From: an uncultured Chloroflexia bacterium
Lineage (GTDB): Bacteria; Chloroflexota; Chloroflexia; QHBQ01; JAICKM01
Reading direction: 5' to 3'
NCBI GenBank assembly: GCA_963784695.1
Contig: CAWARZ010000002.1
Coordinates: forward strand, 891,680 to 955,679
Length of the DNA stretch: 64,000 nt
The position numbers and the translations under genes were made by a program. Position 1 is the first letter of the stretch. Every line of letters starts with the position of its first letter. Shown here in pieces: positions 40,621 to 53,473 of this stretch. The notes below the pieces were generated by a model. That model was not told where the DNA came from. It made no database searches and saw only the letters and a program-made list of their open reading frames with translations.

Positions 40621-41340
40621 AGGGCGCCTGGGTGGGCACCGGCGAGACGGACGGCACCGGCGAGACGGAGGCGGACGGCACGGGGCTCGGGCCCGGCGTC
40701 ACCCAGGCACGCGTGGCCAGGTCGAACGTGTAGGTGACCGGCGGCGTGTGGTCGACCGTCGTCAGCGTGAACAGCGTCCCGTTGACCGCCGTGATCTGCA
40801 CCGAGCCCACTTTGTCGGGGGTCAGGAGATCCTGGGCGTCGTGGGCATCCTCGGTAAACACCGTCAGAATACCTTGATTCAGATCACCGGCCAGGCCCTG
40901 GCTCCCCGTCCACACGTCGACCAGATGCCCGTTGTACCACCCGACCCAGCAGGTGACCAATAGGGGCGCATAGGCGTTTGTGAGCGCGCAGCCATGAGAT
41001 GCCAAGATGCGGCGTGGGACTGGGGCCCGTATACGGCGGCGGCGGCCCGGGCACGCGGGTGGGAACGCCGGTGAGGGCCGCTTCCGTTCTTATGGCAACC
41101 ACGGTTTCGTCCCAGTGGAGCGAAGCCAATTCCTTGGCGTTCAGCGTGGGAGTGGCCGGCACCGGCGTGACCGAGGCAACCTCGGTCACGGTCGGGCCGA
41201 ACGTGGGTACCCGCTCGGAGACGGCCAGCGGCGATCCTGGACCGCCGCACGCGACCAGGCCAACTCCGCGCCAGGATGCCGGCAACGAGGGCCAGCGCGC
41301 GCGCCCGCTGGCTCGGCAGTTCGCGCATCGAATACATCAC
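40619..41340 (-). CDS. Small putative lipoprotein (Pro/Val/Thr-rich). Two +1 frameshifts.
   Basis: RBS GGAGGA; MYSMRELPSQRARALALVAGILA...ACGG lipobox-like. Pieces in three successive +1 frames (40879.., 40884.., 40619..). Confidence 0.45.
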
Positions 41341-41489
41341 GGGGGTCCTCCAGTGCGCAGAAGCGCGATACAGCCTGTTAGGATCGCTCCCCAGATCAAG
41401 GTTGGCAACCACTTGTACGGGAACCGTTGCTACACTTGCCGCGCCCGCGTCGGCACCCTACCCGTATCTCTGAGCGGCGCGGCACGCCG

Positions 41490-42587
41490 CTACAGGTACT
41501 GGTCGCGCCCCTCGGCCCGCAGCCGCTCGACCACCTGCTTGACCTCCTGATTGCGGGCGCGCGCGCAGACGAGCAGGATGTCGGGCGTATCCACCACGAC
41601 CACGTCGTCCAGCCCGATCGTGGCGATCAGCTTGCCGGGCACGCTCCCATAAATCAGCGAATGCTGCGTGCCGATGCCCAGGTAGGCCCCGACGACCGCA
41701 TTGCCCCCCGCGTCCGACGCCTGTGCCGCCAGCAGCTCGGCCACCACCGCCCAGTCGCCGATGTCGCTCCAGCCGAAATCGGCCGGGATCACCGCCATGC
41801 GGTCCGACTTCTCCGCGATGCCCACGTCGATCGTCTCGGTGCGCAGGTCCGGCCAGACGCGCGCCAGCGTCGCCGCGTAGTCGGCGGTGCCGAGCGTCGC
41901 GCCGATGCTGCGCAGCGCGGCGTAGAGCCCGGGTTGGAGGCGGGCGTACTCGCCCAGGATCGTCCCCAGCTGCCAGATGAACATGCCGCTGTTCCAGCTG
42001 TAGCGGCCGCCGGCCACGTACTCCTCGGCCAGCGCCAGCGGCGGCTTCTCGACGAAGCGCGCCACGCGGTAGGCCGGGCGCGGCCCCAGCGGCGCCAGCG
42101 GCGCGCCGCGCTCGATGTAGCCGTAGCCCGTGTGCGGCCGGTCTGGGGTGATGCCCAGGGTGACGATCAGGCCCTGCTCGGCCACCGCCGCCGCCTCGCG
42201 TACCACCGTGGCGAACTCCGCCGGATCCGTGATCACGTGGTCGGCGTGGAACGAGCCCACCACCGGGTTCGCCTCCCCGGCGGCCGCCGCCAGCCGCTCG
42301 ATGTAGAGCAGCCCGAGGCCGATGGCCGGCGCCGTGCCGCGCGGGGCCGGCTCGACGAGCACGTTCGCGGGCGGCAGGTCGGGCACCTGCGCGGCGACCT
42401 GCGGCGCGTGCGCCTCCCCGGTCACCACCACGATGTGCTCGACCGGCATCAACAGGCGCAGGCGGTCGACGGTTTCTTGCAGCAGCGACCGGTCCGACAG
42501 CAGGGTCAGCAGCTGCTTCGGCGTGTCCCGCCGGCTCCGCGGCCACAGGCGCGATCCGCTACCCCCCGCCAGAACAATGGCATACAT
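41490..42587 (-). CDS. manC: Mannose-1-phosphate guanylyltransferase (GDP-mannose pyrophosphorylase).
   Basis: MYAIVLAGGSGSRLWPRSRRDTPKQ NTP-transferase signature; left-handed beta-helix C-terminus. Confidence 0.85.
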   Translation of the reverse strand: MYAIVLAGGSGSRLWPRSRRDTPKQLLTLLSDRSLLQETVDRLRLLMPVEHIVVVTGEAHAPQVAAQVPDLPPANVLVEPAPRGTAPAIGLGLLYIERLAAAAGEANPVVGSFHADHVITDPAEFATVVREAAAVAEQGLIVTLGITPDRPHTGYGYIERGAPLAPLGPRPAYRVARFVEKPPLALAEEYVAGGRYSWNSGMFIWQLGTILGEYARLQPGLYAALRSIGATLGTADYAATLARVWPDLRTETIDVGIAEKSDRMAVIPADFGWSDIGDWAVVAELLAAQASDAGGNAVVGAYLGIGTQHSLIYGSVPGKLIATIGLDDVVVVDTPDILLVCARARNQEVKQVVERLRAEGRDQYL

Positions 42588-42604
42588 GACGGCGCGTCAT
42601 CCTC

Positions 42605-43277
42605 TCATTGGCCCGCCGTCCGCCCCAGCTCGGCGAGCACGGCGGACAACGGAACGTCGGCTAACGATTCAATGCGGCGGTCGGCCCGGCTCAGGTCCAG
42701 GCGGCCGGTAATCGGATTCGGCACGGCGAGGCACGTGATCCCAGCCGCCCGCGCCGCGTCAATCGCCGTTGGGCGAATCCTCGAGCGCGAGCACCTCGTC
42801 GGGGGCGAGTTCGAGCGCATCCAGGACCGCCAGGTAGAGATCGGGCGCCGGCTTGGCGGCCGCCACGTCGTCGGCGCAGCGGATGCAGTCAAACGCCCCG
42901 GCCAGACCCAGCCGCGCCAGGTGCTCCTGCACCCAGACGCACGGCCCGCTCGACGCGATCGCCAGCCGCAGCCCCAGCGCCCGCCCCTCCGCGATCCAGG
43001 CGGCCACACCCGGCAGCAACGGCAGCGCCGCGGCGAGCGCGGCCTTGCGCGCCTGGCGGACCTGGAGCAGCGACTCGCGGTCCACCGGCCGGCCGAGCTC
43101 CGCCTCCAGCCGCTCGAAGGCGGGGAAGCTGCCGGTCGCCGCGCCCACATAATCGGACCACGTGTCCAGCGTCAGCGTGTGCCCGTGCGCCGTGAAGATC
43201 TCCTGCCAGGCCTGAAACGCCGGGCCCTCCGTGTCGATAATCAGGCCGTCGAAGTCGAAGATCAATCCGCGGATCAC
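42605..43277 (-). CDS. HAD-superfamily hydrolase (beta-phosphoglucomutase-like subfamily IA), with a +1 frameshift near 42770.
   Basis: Motif [14 protein letters not shown]. The C-terminus continues in frame 42605..43150 ([19 protein letters not shown]). Confidence 0.7.
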
Positions 43278-43294
43278 GGCGCCGCCCTCCGTCG

Positions 43295-44762
43295 TCAGCC
43301 GGCCGCGGGCAGGGGCGGCGCCCCGAGCACCAGCCCGCTCCGCGCCGGCAGCGCCACCTCCAGGCCCTCGCCGGTCGCGGTCACGCTCCCCTCGCCCAGC
43401 AGCACCGGCCAGGCACCCTGGCCCTGCCGGTGGGCCGCCAGCGGCAGAGGAACATGGCGCCGCGCCCGCGCCGTATTCAAGAGGACCACCAGGTACTCGT
43501 CGTCCAACCCGCGCCCGAACGCGTAGACCCCGTCCGTTGCGTAGAGCGACTCGTAGCTGCCCGTGCGCAGGGCCGCGTGGCCGCGGCGCAGCGCAATCGC
43601 CTCGCGAAAGAACTGCAGCAGGTCCTGGTTCCACAGCCTGCGGGTCCCAGGGGAACGCGCGCCGCGAATCCGGGTCGCGCCGCCCCTCCAGGCCGATCTC
43701 GTCGCCGTAGTAGATCGACGGCGCGCCCGGGTAGGTCATCTGGAACAGCGTCGCCAGCTTGAGCGCCGTGACGTCGCCGCGCGCCATGGTCAAGAACCGC
43801 GCGGTATCGTGGCTGTCCAGCAGGTTGAGCTGCACCTCGGTCACTTCGCGCGGGTAGAGGTGCAACAGGTATTCAATGCTCGCGGCGAAGTCGGATCCGT
43901 CGAGCGGGTGCGTCGGATCCCAGCCCTGGTTGCGCACCAGCGCGCGCTCCAGGTGACTGCCGACCGTGAAGGCGATAGTACGCTCGGCGAAGAGGTAGTT
44001 CATCACCGCGTCGAACTCGTCGCCCTGCAGCCAGTGGCGCGCGTCGCCCCAGATCTCGCCCACGATATAGGCCTCAGGATTGGCGCCCTTCACGCGCGCC
44101 CGGAACTCCTGCCAGAAGCTGTCGTCGGCGATCTCGCCCGGCACGTCGAGCCGCCAGCCGTCGATGCCCTCGCGCACCCAATACTCGCCGACGCCCAGCA
44201 GGAACTCGCGCACCGCGGGATTGCCGATGTTGAACTTCGGCAGCCCGTGCAGGCCCCACCAGGCCTGGTAGCCCGGCGGCCGGTGCTCGTCGTAGGCGTT
44301 CGCCGGGAACTGCGTGAAGTGAAACCAGTCGACGTAGGGCGACGCCGGGCCGTTCTCCAGCGTGTGATTGAACTGGTAGAAACCGCGGCTGGCGTGATTG
44401 AACACCCCGTCGAGCACCACGCGGATATTCCGCGCGTGGCAGGCGTCGAGCATGGTGCGGAACGCCGGGTTCCCGCCCAGCAGCGGGTCGACCTGCATAT
44501 AATCGTACGTGTGGTAGCGGTGATTCGCGGTCGAGGCGAAGACCGGCGTGAAATAGATCGCCGTGATGCCCAGATCCACGAGGTAGTCGAGGTGCTCGGT
44601 CACGCCGAGCAGGTCGCCGCCCTTGAATCCATATGTGGTGGGCGGCGCGGCCCAGGGTTCCAGGTTTCCGGGTTTCGGCACCGCCGCCGACGAGGCGAAG
44701 CGGTCGGGAAAAATCTGATAGAACACCGCATCACGGACCCATGCGGGCGTGTGAATACTCAA
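43295..44762 (-). CDS. GH13 alpha-amylase-family enzyme (neopullulanase/alpha-glucosidase-like), with a frameshift near 43600..43650.
   Basis: GH13 regions I-IV ([27 protein letters not shown]). The C-terminal beta-domain is in frame 43295..43507. TTG start with RBS GGAGGA. Confidence 0.8.
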
Positions 44763-44929
44763 GCAGAATCCTCCAGCAGATCGAGACTCGGGCGGTCGGG
44801 CCGGACTCCCGGGGACCATGGGCCGGCCGCACTGCGCGATTATACACCGGCCGGCCGGCGCCCGTCATGCGGAAGCCCCGCGGCGCGGGCGCCGCAGGGC
44901 TTCCATGCAATCCGCGGGCCAGTGCGCGC

Positions 44930-47161
44930 TCAGGGCGCGGACGCCGGGCCGGTGCCCACCACGGTGGTGTTGTGCGAGGGCAGATACGTGCCCTGCGCGT
45001 GCCAGTCGTCGATCAGCTTGCCGGTGCTGTCGAAGACCTGGCGGTGGATATCCGAGGTGAAGCCGTCCTGCGCGTGCTCGACGACGACCGAGCGGCCCTT
45101 GGCGATCTTGTCCGACGTCTCCGTGCGCGGGCGGGTATCCGTCCTCACGCGGTTGGTGATGACCGGCTGCGACACCTGCACGCGCCAGCCCGGGTTCGTG
45201 CCCCAGAGCTCCACCCGCAGGTTGCTGCCGTCGCCGTGCGCGCGGATCAGCAGCCAGTTGCCGGTGGTGTTCTTGAACTTGAAGTCCGTATCCGGCGGCG
45301 AGATCGTCGCGTCGAGGCCCTGCATGCCGAGCGGCGGCTGGCCGTAGAGGGCGATCCAGTAGCTGTGGTGATGGCGCTCGACCATCGGCAGCCCCGCCCA
45401 GAAGACCGGGTGGAAGAGCGTCGTCGCGACCTGGCAGATGCCGCCCGCCTCGGCCGGGATAGTTGTGGCGTTGCCCGACTGCACCAGAATCGCCCAGCCC
45501 ATCTTGAAGCCGGCGTCCAGCGTCAGCGGACCGAGCGCGTCGTCCAGGCTGAAGGTCCCGCCCGGCGGGATGTACCAGCCGTCCAGCTTGCTCGCGCCGA
45601 AGGTCACGTTCCAGTTGCGCTCCGGCGAGGAGCCGGCGTAGGAGGTGCTGTCGGCCTGCAGCCTCTGCGGGGCCTTGATCGTGGCGGCGGCGTTCGTGTC
45701 GGCGAAGACCGGCGCGACGGTCTTCAGCGTCAGCGTGGCGGTCGGCACGCCGGTCAGCAGCGCCTGCTTCACGGCCGCGCCCGTCGCCGCCTGGTCCACC
45801 TGCCGGCCGTTCTTCGGCTCCTTCACGAGCGTGATGTTGTTCGAGACGAGGCGGTACGTCGCGTCGATGGCCGGTTCGTCCAGCGCGGTCGCCACCCGGC
45901 TCGTCAGACGCGCCAGGTCGGTGTCGTTGACCGTGAGCTGATAGGGGATGGCCGCGCCGGCCGGCGCCGCGTTCAGGTAGAGCGTCAGCGCCACCTGCGA
46001 GCCCGGCACGCGGTAGGTCACGCCGTCGCCCACGAGCACCAGCCCGTCGCGCATCGCCGTGTCCATCTGTGTCTTGAGCGGCTGTAACGCGGCCACGTCG
46101 ACCTTCGCGGGCACCGGATCGACCACCAGCGCGGCCTGGCGTGCGGCGCCGCTCGCGTGCGCCGCGGCCTGCATGGCGGTCACCGAGGCGGCCAGGTTGA
46201 GCTGCTGGCCCGGCACGTCCGGCGTGATGTCGACCGCGGTGGCGTAATTCGGCAACGCCATCGTGGCATCCTTGGCTGCACGGTCGAGCTCGGGCTCCAC
46301 GCCCTGCAGGTACGTGCGCACCTGATCGGCGACCAGGTCGGCGGCGACGGTCGGACCGGTGGTCCCGGTGCCGACGGCCAGCCACGAGCGCAGTTGCGTC
46401 GGGGTCAGCGTCCAGCTGCGGTCCTTGCCGGTCGAGTTGGTCGCCGTGATGGTCAGCGGCGCGTCGGTCAGCTGGTGCGCCGCGGCCAGGGCCGCCGCGA
46501 TGTCCGAATCGGCGATCCGGGGCGCCACGGAGGCCGGCTGCACGGCCACGTCGCGGAACGGAAATGTGGCCGTCGCGGCGACGATCGCCTGCCAGGTCGC
46601 GTCGGCGTCGAGGCGCCGGCCGGCTTGCGCCGCGACCACCTTGATCCCGTCCGCGGTGACGGTGAAGTCGGCGTCCGTGGGCGCCACCGCCATGTCGGCG
46701 GCTACCGTCTGCAGCGCCGCGTCGGCGACCGTGCGGTCGCGCGTGAGCACGAGCGGCACGTCCGTGCCCGTCGTGACGTCGCGGCCGGTGTTATGCGCTT
46801 CCTGCGCCGTGGCGGTCGCGTCCAGGGCGATGCCGAGGTCACGCGCCGTGAACGTCCAGACCTGATCCTGATAGCGGAGCAAGATCTGGCTGTCGGGCAG
46901 GGCGGCGAAGTGCTGCTGGACCGCATCCGCCGCCTCGGGCACGGTCAGCCCGCCGACGGCGACACCGGAGACCGCCACCGCCGGGGGCACACGGCGCAGC
47001 GCGTCCTCGTGTTGCTGATAGAGGTAGAAGGCACCCCCGCCCAACAGCAAGAGCAGCACCGCGGCCAGCGCGGCGACGAGCGGTGCCGGGCGCAGGCCCG
47101 CCCGGGGGCCAGGGGTTTGCGGTGCGCCGGGGCGGTCTGAGATGAACGGCTTGGTGGCCAT
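44930..47161 (-). CDS. VanW-family protein (YoaR-like), membrane-anchored. Appears intact.
   Basis: N-terminal TM. PG-binding-like domains. C-terminal VanW domain (GGICQVATTLFHPVFWAGLPMVERHHH). RBS GGAGGAAGG. Confidence 0.8.
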   Translation of the reverse strand: MATKPFISDRPGAPQTPGPRAGLRPAPLVAALAAVLLLLLGGGAFYLYQQHEDALRRVPPAVAVSGVAVGGLTVPEAADAVQQHFAALPDSQILLRYQDQVWTFTARDLGIALDATATAQEAHNTGRDVTTGTDVPLVLTRDRTVADAALQTVAADMAVAPTDADFTVTADGIKVVAAQAGRRLDADATWQAIVAATATFPFRDVAVQPASVAPRIADSDIAAALAAAHQLTDAPLTITATNSTGKDRSWTLTPTQLRSWLAVGTGTTGPTVAADLVADQVRTYLQGVEPELDRAAKDATMALPNYATAVDITPDVPGQQLNLAASVTAMQAAAHASGAARQAALVVDPVPAKVDVAALQPLKTQMDTAMRDGLVLVGDGVTYRVPGSQVALTLYLNAAPAGAAIPYQLTVNDTDLARLTSRVATALDEPAIDATYRLVSNNITLVKEPKNGRQVDQAATGAAVKQALLTGVPTATLTLKTVAPVFADTNAAATIKAPQRLQADSTSYAGSSPERNWNVTFGASKLDGWYIPPGGTFSLDDALGPLTLDAGFKMGWAILVQSGNATTIPAEAGGICQVATTLFHPVFWAGLPMVERHHHSYWIALYGQPPLGMQGLDATISPPDTDFKFKNTTGNWLLIRAHGDGSNLRVELWGTNPGWRVQVSQPVITNRVRTDTRPRTETSDKIAKGRSVVVEHAQDGFTSDIHRQVFDSTGKLIDDWHAQGTYLPSHNTTVVGTGPASAP

Positions 47162-47420
47162 GCGCCTTACCTTCCTCCATGGCTGTCCCGTGCCACCTCG
47201 CGCGCGCACCCAGGGCCGGCGAGGGCATCACACGGCAAGCGAACAGCGGACGGAACTGGAATAATCCCGATCACTATACTGTAAACTGCACTCGTGAGTC
47301 AAACGTAGGGCCTGCCGCCGCGGTTCCCCGCGACCGGCCTGATCCGGCGGGCGAAAGGGGAGAGAGGAGCCAATTTAGCGGCTCCTCTCTCCACGGGACG
47401 TCATACGGGCGGCCTAATCC

Positions 47421-48233
47421 TCAGGGCGCCTTCGTCGGCACCGCCTGCGGAGCGAGCTGGATCGGCGTGCCGGCCGTCTGGTCCGACGAGCCGGGAGCCG
47501 TGGTCGGCGCCCCCGCGGCCGGCGTCGTCACCGCCACGGGATAGCCCGCGTCTTGCCAGGCATGCCACCCACCGAGCAGCACCTTCAGATTATCGTAGCT
47601 GAAGCCGTAGGTGTCGTGAAGCTTTTGCGCCACACGGGCGCTTTCATTTTCGGCCGGTCATTGGCAGTAGGCGACGATCAGCCGGTTCTTCGGAAGCTCG
47701 TTGATGCGTGCGTCCACGTCGGCTTCCGGGAAGCTGATCGCGCCGGGGATATGGCCCTGATCAAAGGCATCGACTGCCCGCACGTCGAGAATCAGCGGCC
47801 GCTTGGCGGGGTCGTCGTAGAGGGCCTTGAAGTCCGCCAGCGGCATGCGCGGCGGATCGCTGGCACTGGCGGTCGGCGCGTTCGCCACCACGGTGACCAC
47901 GCCCGCGGGGGCCGCGGCCGTCGGGTTCGTCCCCGCCTGCGCGTTCGTCGACGGCGTGCCGCTGTTGTTCCCGTTCAGGCCGAGGAACACGACCATCAGG
48001 CCGAGCAGCAACACCACCACGACCACGCTCACCGCGATCGGGAACGTGTCACGGCGCGGGGCGCGGCCCCGTGCGGCGGCACGGCGCGAGGCCGCGGTCG
48101 TCGTCCCGCGCGGCGCCGAACGGGCCGCGGGCGGCGGGCGGCGCGCCGGACGCTGGGCCTGGCTGGAGCGCCGGGGAGGCGGCAGAGGTGCCTCCTCCTC
48201 GTACTCCTCGCCTTCAGGCCATTCATCACCCAT
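47421..48233 (-). CDS. Membrane-anchored rhodanese-domain sulfurtransferase, interrupted by an in-frame TGA (47658..47660) in the active-site loop.
   Basis: Acidic N-terminus, TM (IAVSVVVVVLLLGLMVVFLGL), Pro/Ala linker, then rhodanese LILDVRAVDAFDQGHIPGAISFP...LIVAYCQ-[TGA]-PAENESARVAQKLHDTYGF..LLGGWHAWQDAGYPV. Confidence 0.6.
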
Positions 48234-48478
48234 GGCTCTCTCTCTCCTCTGGTGGCACGGGCAAGGGGCCGTCCACGGTAGCTTGCTGGCCGCTCGCTGA
48301 ATCCTTGCGTAGCTGGGTGTAGCCGGGCCAGTGGTTGAACTCCTCCACATTATAAGGGCTGATCCGCCGCATGTCAAAACGATTGGCAGCCGGAACACGT
48401 GCCTGTGGTCCGGACCCGGCCGCGCCGCGGCGCCGCGCGCGGTTGCGAGCCGCCCGCGCCTCGCGTATAATCAGGCCC

Positions 48479-49141
48479 GTGACCGATTCGTCCTCCCGGC
48501 CGGGCCCCATCCGCGCCGTGCTGTTTGATTGGGGCGGCGTCCTCGAGGTGCTGCCCGCGCCTGCCGACTTCGCCGTCTGGGAGCCCCGGCTGGGCCTGCG
48601 CCCGGGCAGCCTGCAGGACATACTGTGGGGCGAGACCTGGAGCCGGGTCGAGGCCGGTGCGGTCGGCCGCGACGTCTACGAGGCCGAGATCTGCGCACGC
48701 TGCGGCTTCCCCGACCAGGCGGCCCTCTACGCGTTCTACGAGGCCTTCTATCCGCGCCGCCTGCAGCCCGCCCTGTTCGCGGCCGTCGCCGCCCTGCGCC
48801 CGCGCTATCGCGTCGCTCTGGTGACCAACGCCTGGACCGGCCAGCGCCGGCACATCGCGGAGCTCACCGGCCGGCCGGTCGAGTCCCTCTTCGACGTGTA
48901 TGTCAACTCGGCGGAGGTCGGGGCGCGCAAGCCGACCCCCGCGATCTTCCACGTCGCCCTCGAGCGCCTCGGCGTCCAGCCGGCCGAGGCGATCTTCCTC
49001 GACGACTTGCCGGTCAACGTGGCGGCCGCCAGCGCCCTCGGCATCCACGCGATCTTGGTCGAGACGCCCGAGGCGGCTCTCAGCGCCCTCGCGGCCGCGC
49101 TGGGCCACCCGCTGGCTCCCGCCACGCCGCGGACCGGCTGA
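48479..49141 (+). CDS. HAD-superfamily hydrolase (subfamily IA).
   Basis: Motif I VLFDWGGVL; motif III/IV ...ARKP...FLDDL. GTG start. Confidence 0.75.
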   Translation: MTDSSSRPGPIRAVLFDWGGVLEVLPAPADFAVWEPRLGLRPGSLQDILWGETWSRVEAGAVGRDVYEAEICARCGFPDQAALYAFYEAFYPRRLQPALFAAVAALRPRYRVALVTNAWTGQRRHIAELTGRPVESLFDVYVNSAEVGARKPTPAIFHVALERLGVQPAEAIFLDDLPVNVAAASALGIHAILVETPEAALSALAAALGHPLAPATPRTG

Positions 49142-49212
49142 GCGGCGCGATCCCCGGACGCAAAACGAGCCCCGGCAACCCTGCCGGGGCTCTCTTGTAT
49201 GCGCGGTTCGGG

Positions 49213-49941
49213 CTAGACCACCGCTGTCGTCGACGCCGCGGCGAGCGTCGGCGCGACGTCGAGCGGGATGCCCGGGCCCATCGTACTGGTCAGCGTGATG
49301 CTGCGCACGTAGGAGCCCTTCGCGCCCGACGGCTTGGCCCGGATGATCGCGTCGACAAGGGCGAGCAGGTTCTCGCGGATCTGCTCCTCGCTGAAGCTGC
49401 CCTTACCCACGCCCACGTGGATCAGCCCGGTCTTGTCGTTGCGGAACTCGACCTTGCCCCGGCGCACGTCGGCGATCACGCGCGGCAGGTCCTGCGGGTT
49501 CGCGATGGTGCCGCTCTTCGGGTTGGGCATCAGCCCCCGCCGCCCCAGGATTTTACCCAGCTTGCCGACTTTGCCCATCTGGTCGGGCGTGGAGATCGCC
49601 ACGTCGAAGTCGAGCCAGCCGCCCTCGATCTGCTTGATCAGCTCGTCGCTGCCCACATAGTCCGCGCCGGCTTCCTGGGCGATGTGCTCCGCTTCGCCGG
49701 CCGCGAAGACCAGGATGCGGATCTTCTTACCCGTGCCGTGCGGCAGGATCGCCGTGCCGCGCACGATCTGGTCGGCATGGCGCGGGTCGATGCCGAGGCG
49801 CATGTGGACCTCGATCGTCGGATCGAACTTCACGTAGCTCGTCTGCTTGACGAGGTCGGCGGCCTGGTCCGGCGCATAGAGCTGCCCCGGCTGGATCAGC
49901 GCGGCCGCGCGATCGTAGTTCTTGCCGTGTTTCTGTGCCAT
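49213..49941 (-). CDS. rplA: 50S ribosomal protein L1.
   Basis: Strong full-length homology. Confidence 0.95.
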   Translation of the reverse strand: MAQKHGKNYDRAAALIQPGQLYAPDQAADLVKQTSYVKFDPTIEVHMRLGIDPRHADQIVRGTAILPHGTGKKIRILVFAAGEAEHIAQEAGADYVGSDELIKQIEGGWLDFDVAISTPDQMGKVGKLGKILGRRGLMPNPKSGTIANPQDLPRVIADVRRGKVEFRNDKTGLIHVGVGKGSFSEEQIRENLLALVDAIIRAKPSGAKGSYVRSITLTSTMGPGIPLDVAPTLAAASTTAVV

Positions 49942-49942
49942 C

Positions 49943-50368
49943 TTAGTCCACCACCTCGATGCCCATGCTGCGTGCGCTGCCCTCGATCATGCGGACCGCG
50001 GCGTCGACGTCATAGGCATTCAGATCCGCGAGCTTCGTCTCCGCAATCTGGCGCACCTGATCCCGGGTCACCTGGCCCACCTTCTGCTTGTCGGGCACGC
50101 CCGATCCCTTCGGCACCCCGGCCGCCTTGCGCAACATGTCGGCGGCGGGCGGGGTCTTGAGGACGAAGGTGAAGGTCCGGTCCTCGAAGATCGTCACCTC
50201 GACCGGGATGATCTGCCCGGCCATGGGGGCGGTGCGCTCGTTGTAGTCCTTGATAAACCCCATCATATTGATCTGATGGGCGCCCAGCGCGGGGCCGACC
50301 GGGGGGGCAGGCGTAGCCTTGCCGGCAGGCAGCTGCAGCTTCACGAGCGCGCGTACTTTCTTAGCCAC
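49943..50368 (-). CDS. rplK: 50S ribosomal protein L11.
   Basis: [29 protein letters not shown]... Confidence 0.95.
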   Translation of the reverse strand: MAKKVRALVKLQLPAGKATPAPPVGPALGAHQINMMGFIKDYNERTAPMAGQIIPVEVTIFEDRTFTFVLKTPPAADMLRKAAGVPKGSGVPDKQKVGQVTRDQVRQIAETKLADLNAYDVDAAVRMIEGSARSMGIEVVD

Positions 50369-50592
50369 AGTGGCTCCTTCTTGCTAAGGACGGCGTTCAG
50401 GGGAACCCGCCCTGGTACGAACGGGCGACATAGGTCGCCCTCCCAATCAAGAGACCGGCGGTTAGCGCCCACCGATCCGGCCCCGCGACCGCGCGGCCGC
50501 AGCCACGCGCCGGGGCGTCTCGCAGCAAAGCGGGCGGGGCCTGGCGGCCGCGCCCGGTCATGCGTGCTCTTCTGGCGGCAGGCCGATCCGGG

Positions 50593-51202
50593 CTAAACCG
50601 CCCGCTCGACCTGCAGGAAATCGAGCTCGACAGGAGTTCTCGCGCCCAAAGATGGACACCAGGACGCGGACCTTGCCTTTCTCGTGGTTGACGTTGTCGA
50701 CGCGGCCCTCGAAATCGGCAAACGGCCCGTCGACGATCTTGACGGCTTGCCCGGGGCTGAAGGTGACCTTTACCTTCGGCGCCTCGGCCTCCATCTGGTG
50801 CAGGATGGTGTTCGCCTCGGCCTGCTCCAACGGTGTGGGCTTGTTACCCATGCCTACGAAGCCGGTCACGCCAGGCGTGTTGCGCACGAGGTACCAGGCG
50901 TCGTCCGACATGATCATCTCGACGAGGACGTAGCCCGGGTAGACCTTGCGCTGCACCGTGCGACGCTGCCCATCGCGGATCTCGATCTCTTCCTCGGTCG
51001 GCACGACCACGCGGAAGATCTTATCGCCGAGATCGTTGCTCGCGATGCGCCACTCCAGGTTCTTCTTGACTTTGTTCTCGTAGCCCGAGTAGGTGTGGAT
51101 GACGTACCACTGGCGGCCGTCGTCAGGCGGTGCCTCTTCCGTGGGCACAGGGGCCGCCGCGGTTGCGGCATCCAGCTCGGTCTGTTCGGGTGTCGTATCC
51201 AT
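50593..51202 (-). CDS. nusG: Transcription termination/antitermination factor NusG, with a +1 frameshift in the last approx 15 codons (near 50640).
   Basis: NGN plus KOW domains. The true C-terminus IFGRETPVELDFLQVERAV* is in the +1 frame. Confidence 0.9.
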
Positions 51203-51227
51203 ACGTCCTAACTGCCTGGCCCGCGGC

Positions 51228-51539
51228 CTAAAGGCCTCCGGTCCCGGTGAGCATGCGCACCAGGCCCACGAGGATCAGGTCCACGAGGCCGAGCAAGCCG
51301 CCGACGAGGACCGAGATACCGATGACCACGATGGTCAGATTGCGGGTTTCGAGGCGGCTCGGCCAGGTGATCTTCTTGATCTCGGCGACCTCTTCGCCCC
51401 ACATGTTTTGCAGCCGGCCGGGCAGACCCGTGCGGGCACCGCCGCCGCTCCCCGCCACCCGAGGTGCCGGGCGGGGGGCTGCTGTTTCTGGGTCGCGCTC
51501 TCTGATGCTCACGCTGCTCTCCTTGGTCAGGGTCGCCAA
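51228..51539 (-). CDS. secE: Preprotein translocase subunit SecE.
   Basis: WPSRLETRNLTIVVIGISVLVGGLLGLVDLIL TM segment. Synteny: tRNA-Trp-secE-nusG. Confidence 0.8.
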   Translation of the reverse strand: MATLTKESSVSIRERDPETAAPRPAPRVAGSGGGARTGLPGRLQNMWGEEVAEIKKITWPSRLETRNLTIVVIGISVLVGGLLGLVDLILVGLVRMLTGTGGL

Positions 51540-51634
51540 ATGCTAGCTCCTCAGATCGATATCGGTAACGTTACGTCCCTGACCGGCGCCGATGCGGGGC
51601 GAAGGCGCAGGGGGCTTGGGAAATGGGCAAAAAC

Positions 51635-51710
<76 letters not shown>

Positions 51711-51833
51711 GTGTGGACCTGTCGCGATACACCTAATTGGTGCATTTCATTATACGGCACCGCCACAGGTGTGTCAAGCGATCGGAGGCACCGGCCCGGC
51801 CCCCGCGGGGGCGCCGGGCGGGCCTCCCGCCGC

Positions 51834-51998
51834 CTACTTGGTCTCGCGATGCAAACGGTGTTCGCGGCAGCGCGGGCAGAACTTCTGCAGCTCCATGCGC
51901 GCCGGGTCGTTCCGTTTGTTCTTCGTGCTGGTGTAGTTGCGCTCCTTGCATTCGCTGCAGGCCAGCGTAATCAAGATGCGATCGGCTTTCTTGGCCAT
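51834..51998 (-). CDS. rpmG: 50S ribosomal protein L33.
   Basis: [54 protein letters not shown] (54 aa). Confidence 0.9.
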   Translation of the reverse strand: MAKKADRILITLACSECKERNYTSTKNKRNDPARMELQKFCPRCREHRLHRETK

Positions 51999-52068
51999 CT
52001 TTCGTTTACCTCGTTACTGCGGAGCCGGAGGCCGCGGCGATCGCTACGGTCCCCGGCGCCAGTCCATG

Positions 52069-53268
<1,200 letters not shown>

Positions 53269-53395
53269 GCTGCTTGCTCTCCTTTGATACTGGCATCCAA
53301 CGGCGGCCGGCGGGTGGTGAGGCCGCGGCCAGGCCGGGTACGAAGCAAAGCCCCGAGCTATCAGGAGATAGCTGGGGCCTGCTAGCTTGCGACGG

Positions 53396-53468
53396 AGCCC
53401 ACGACCAGACTTGAACTGGTGACCCCGTTCTTACCAAGAACGTGCTCTACCAACTGAGCTACGTGGGC
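53396..53468 (-). tRNA. tRNA-Thr (anticodon GGT).
   Basis: GCCCACG acceptor, anticodon loop TTGGTAA. Confidence 0.9.
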
Positions 53469-53473
53469 CCGGG

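Noticed and set aside
48529-50160. 543-aa plus-strand ORF across the HAD hydrolase and rplA region
   Set aside because: Out of frame with the HAD gene (48479..49141) and antisense to rplA/rplK.
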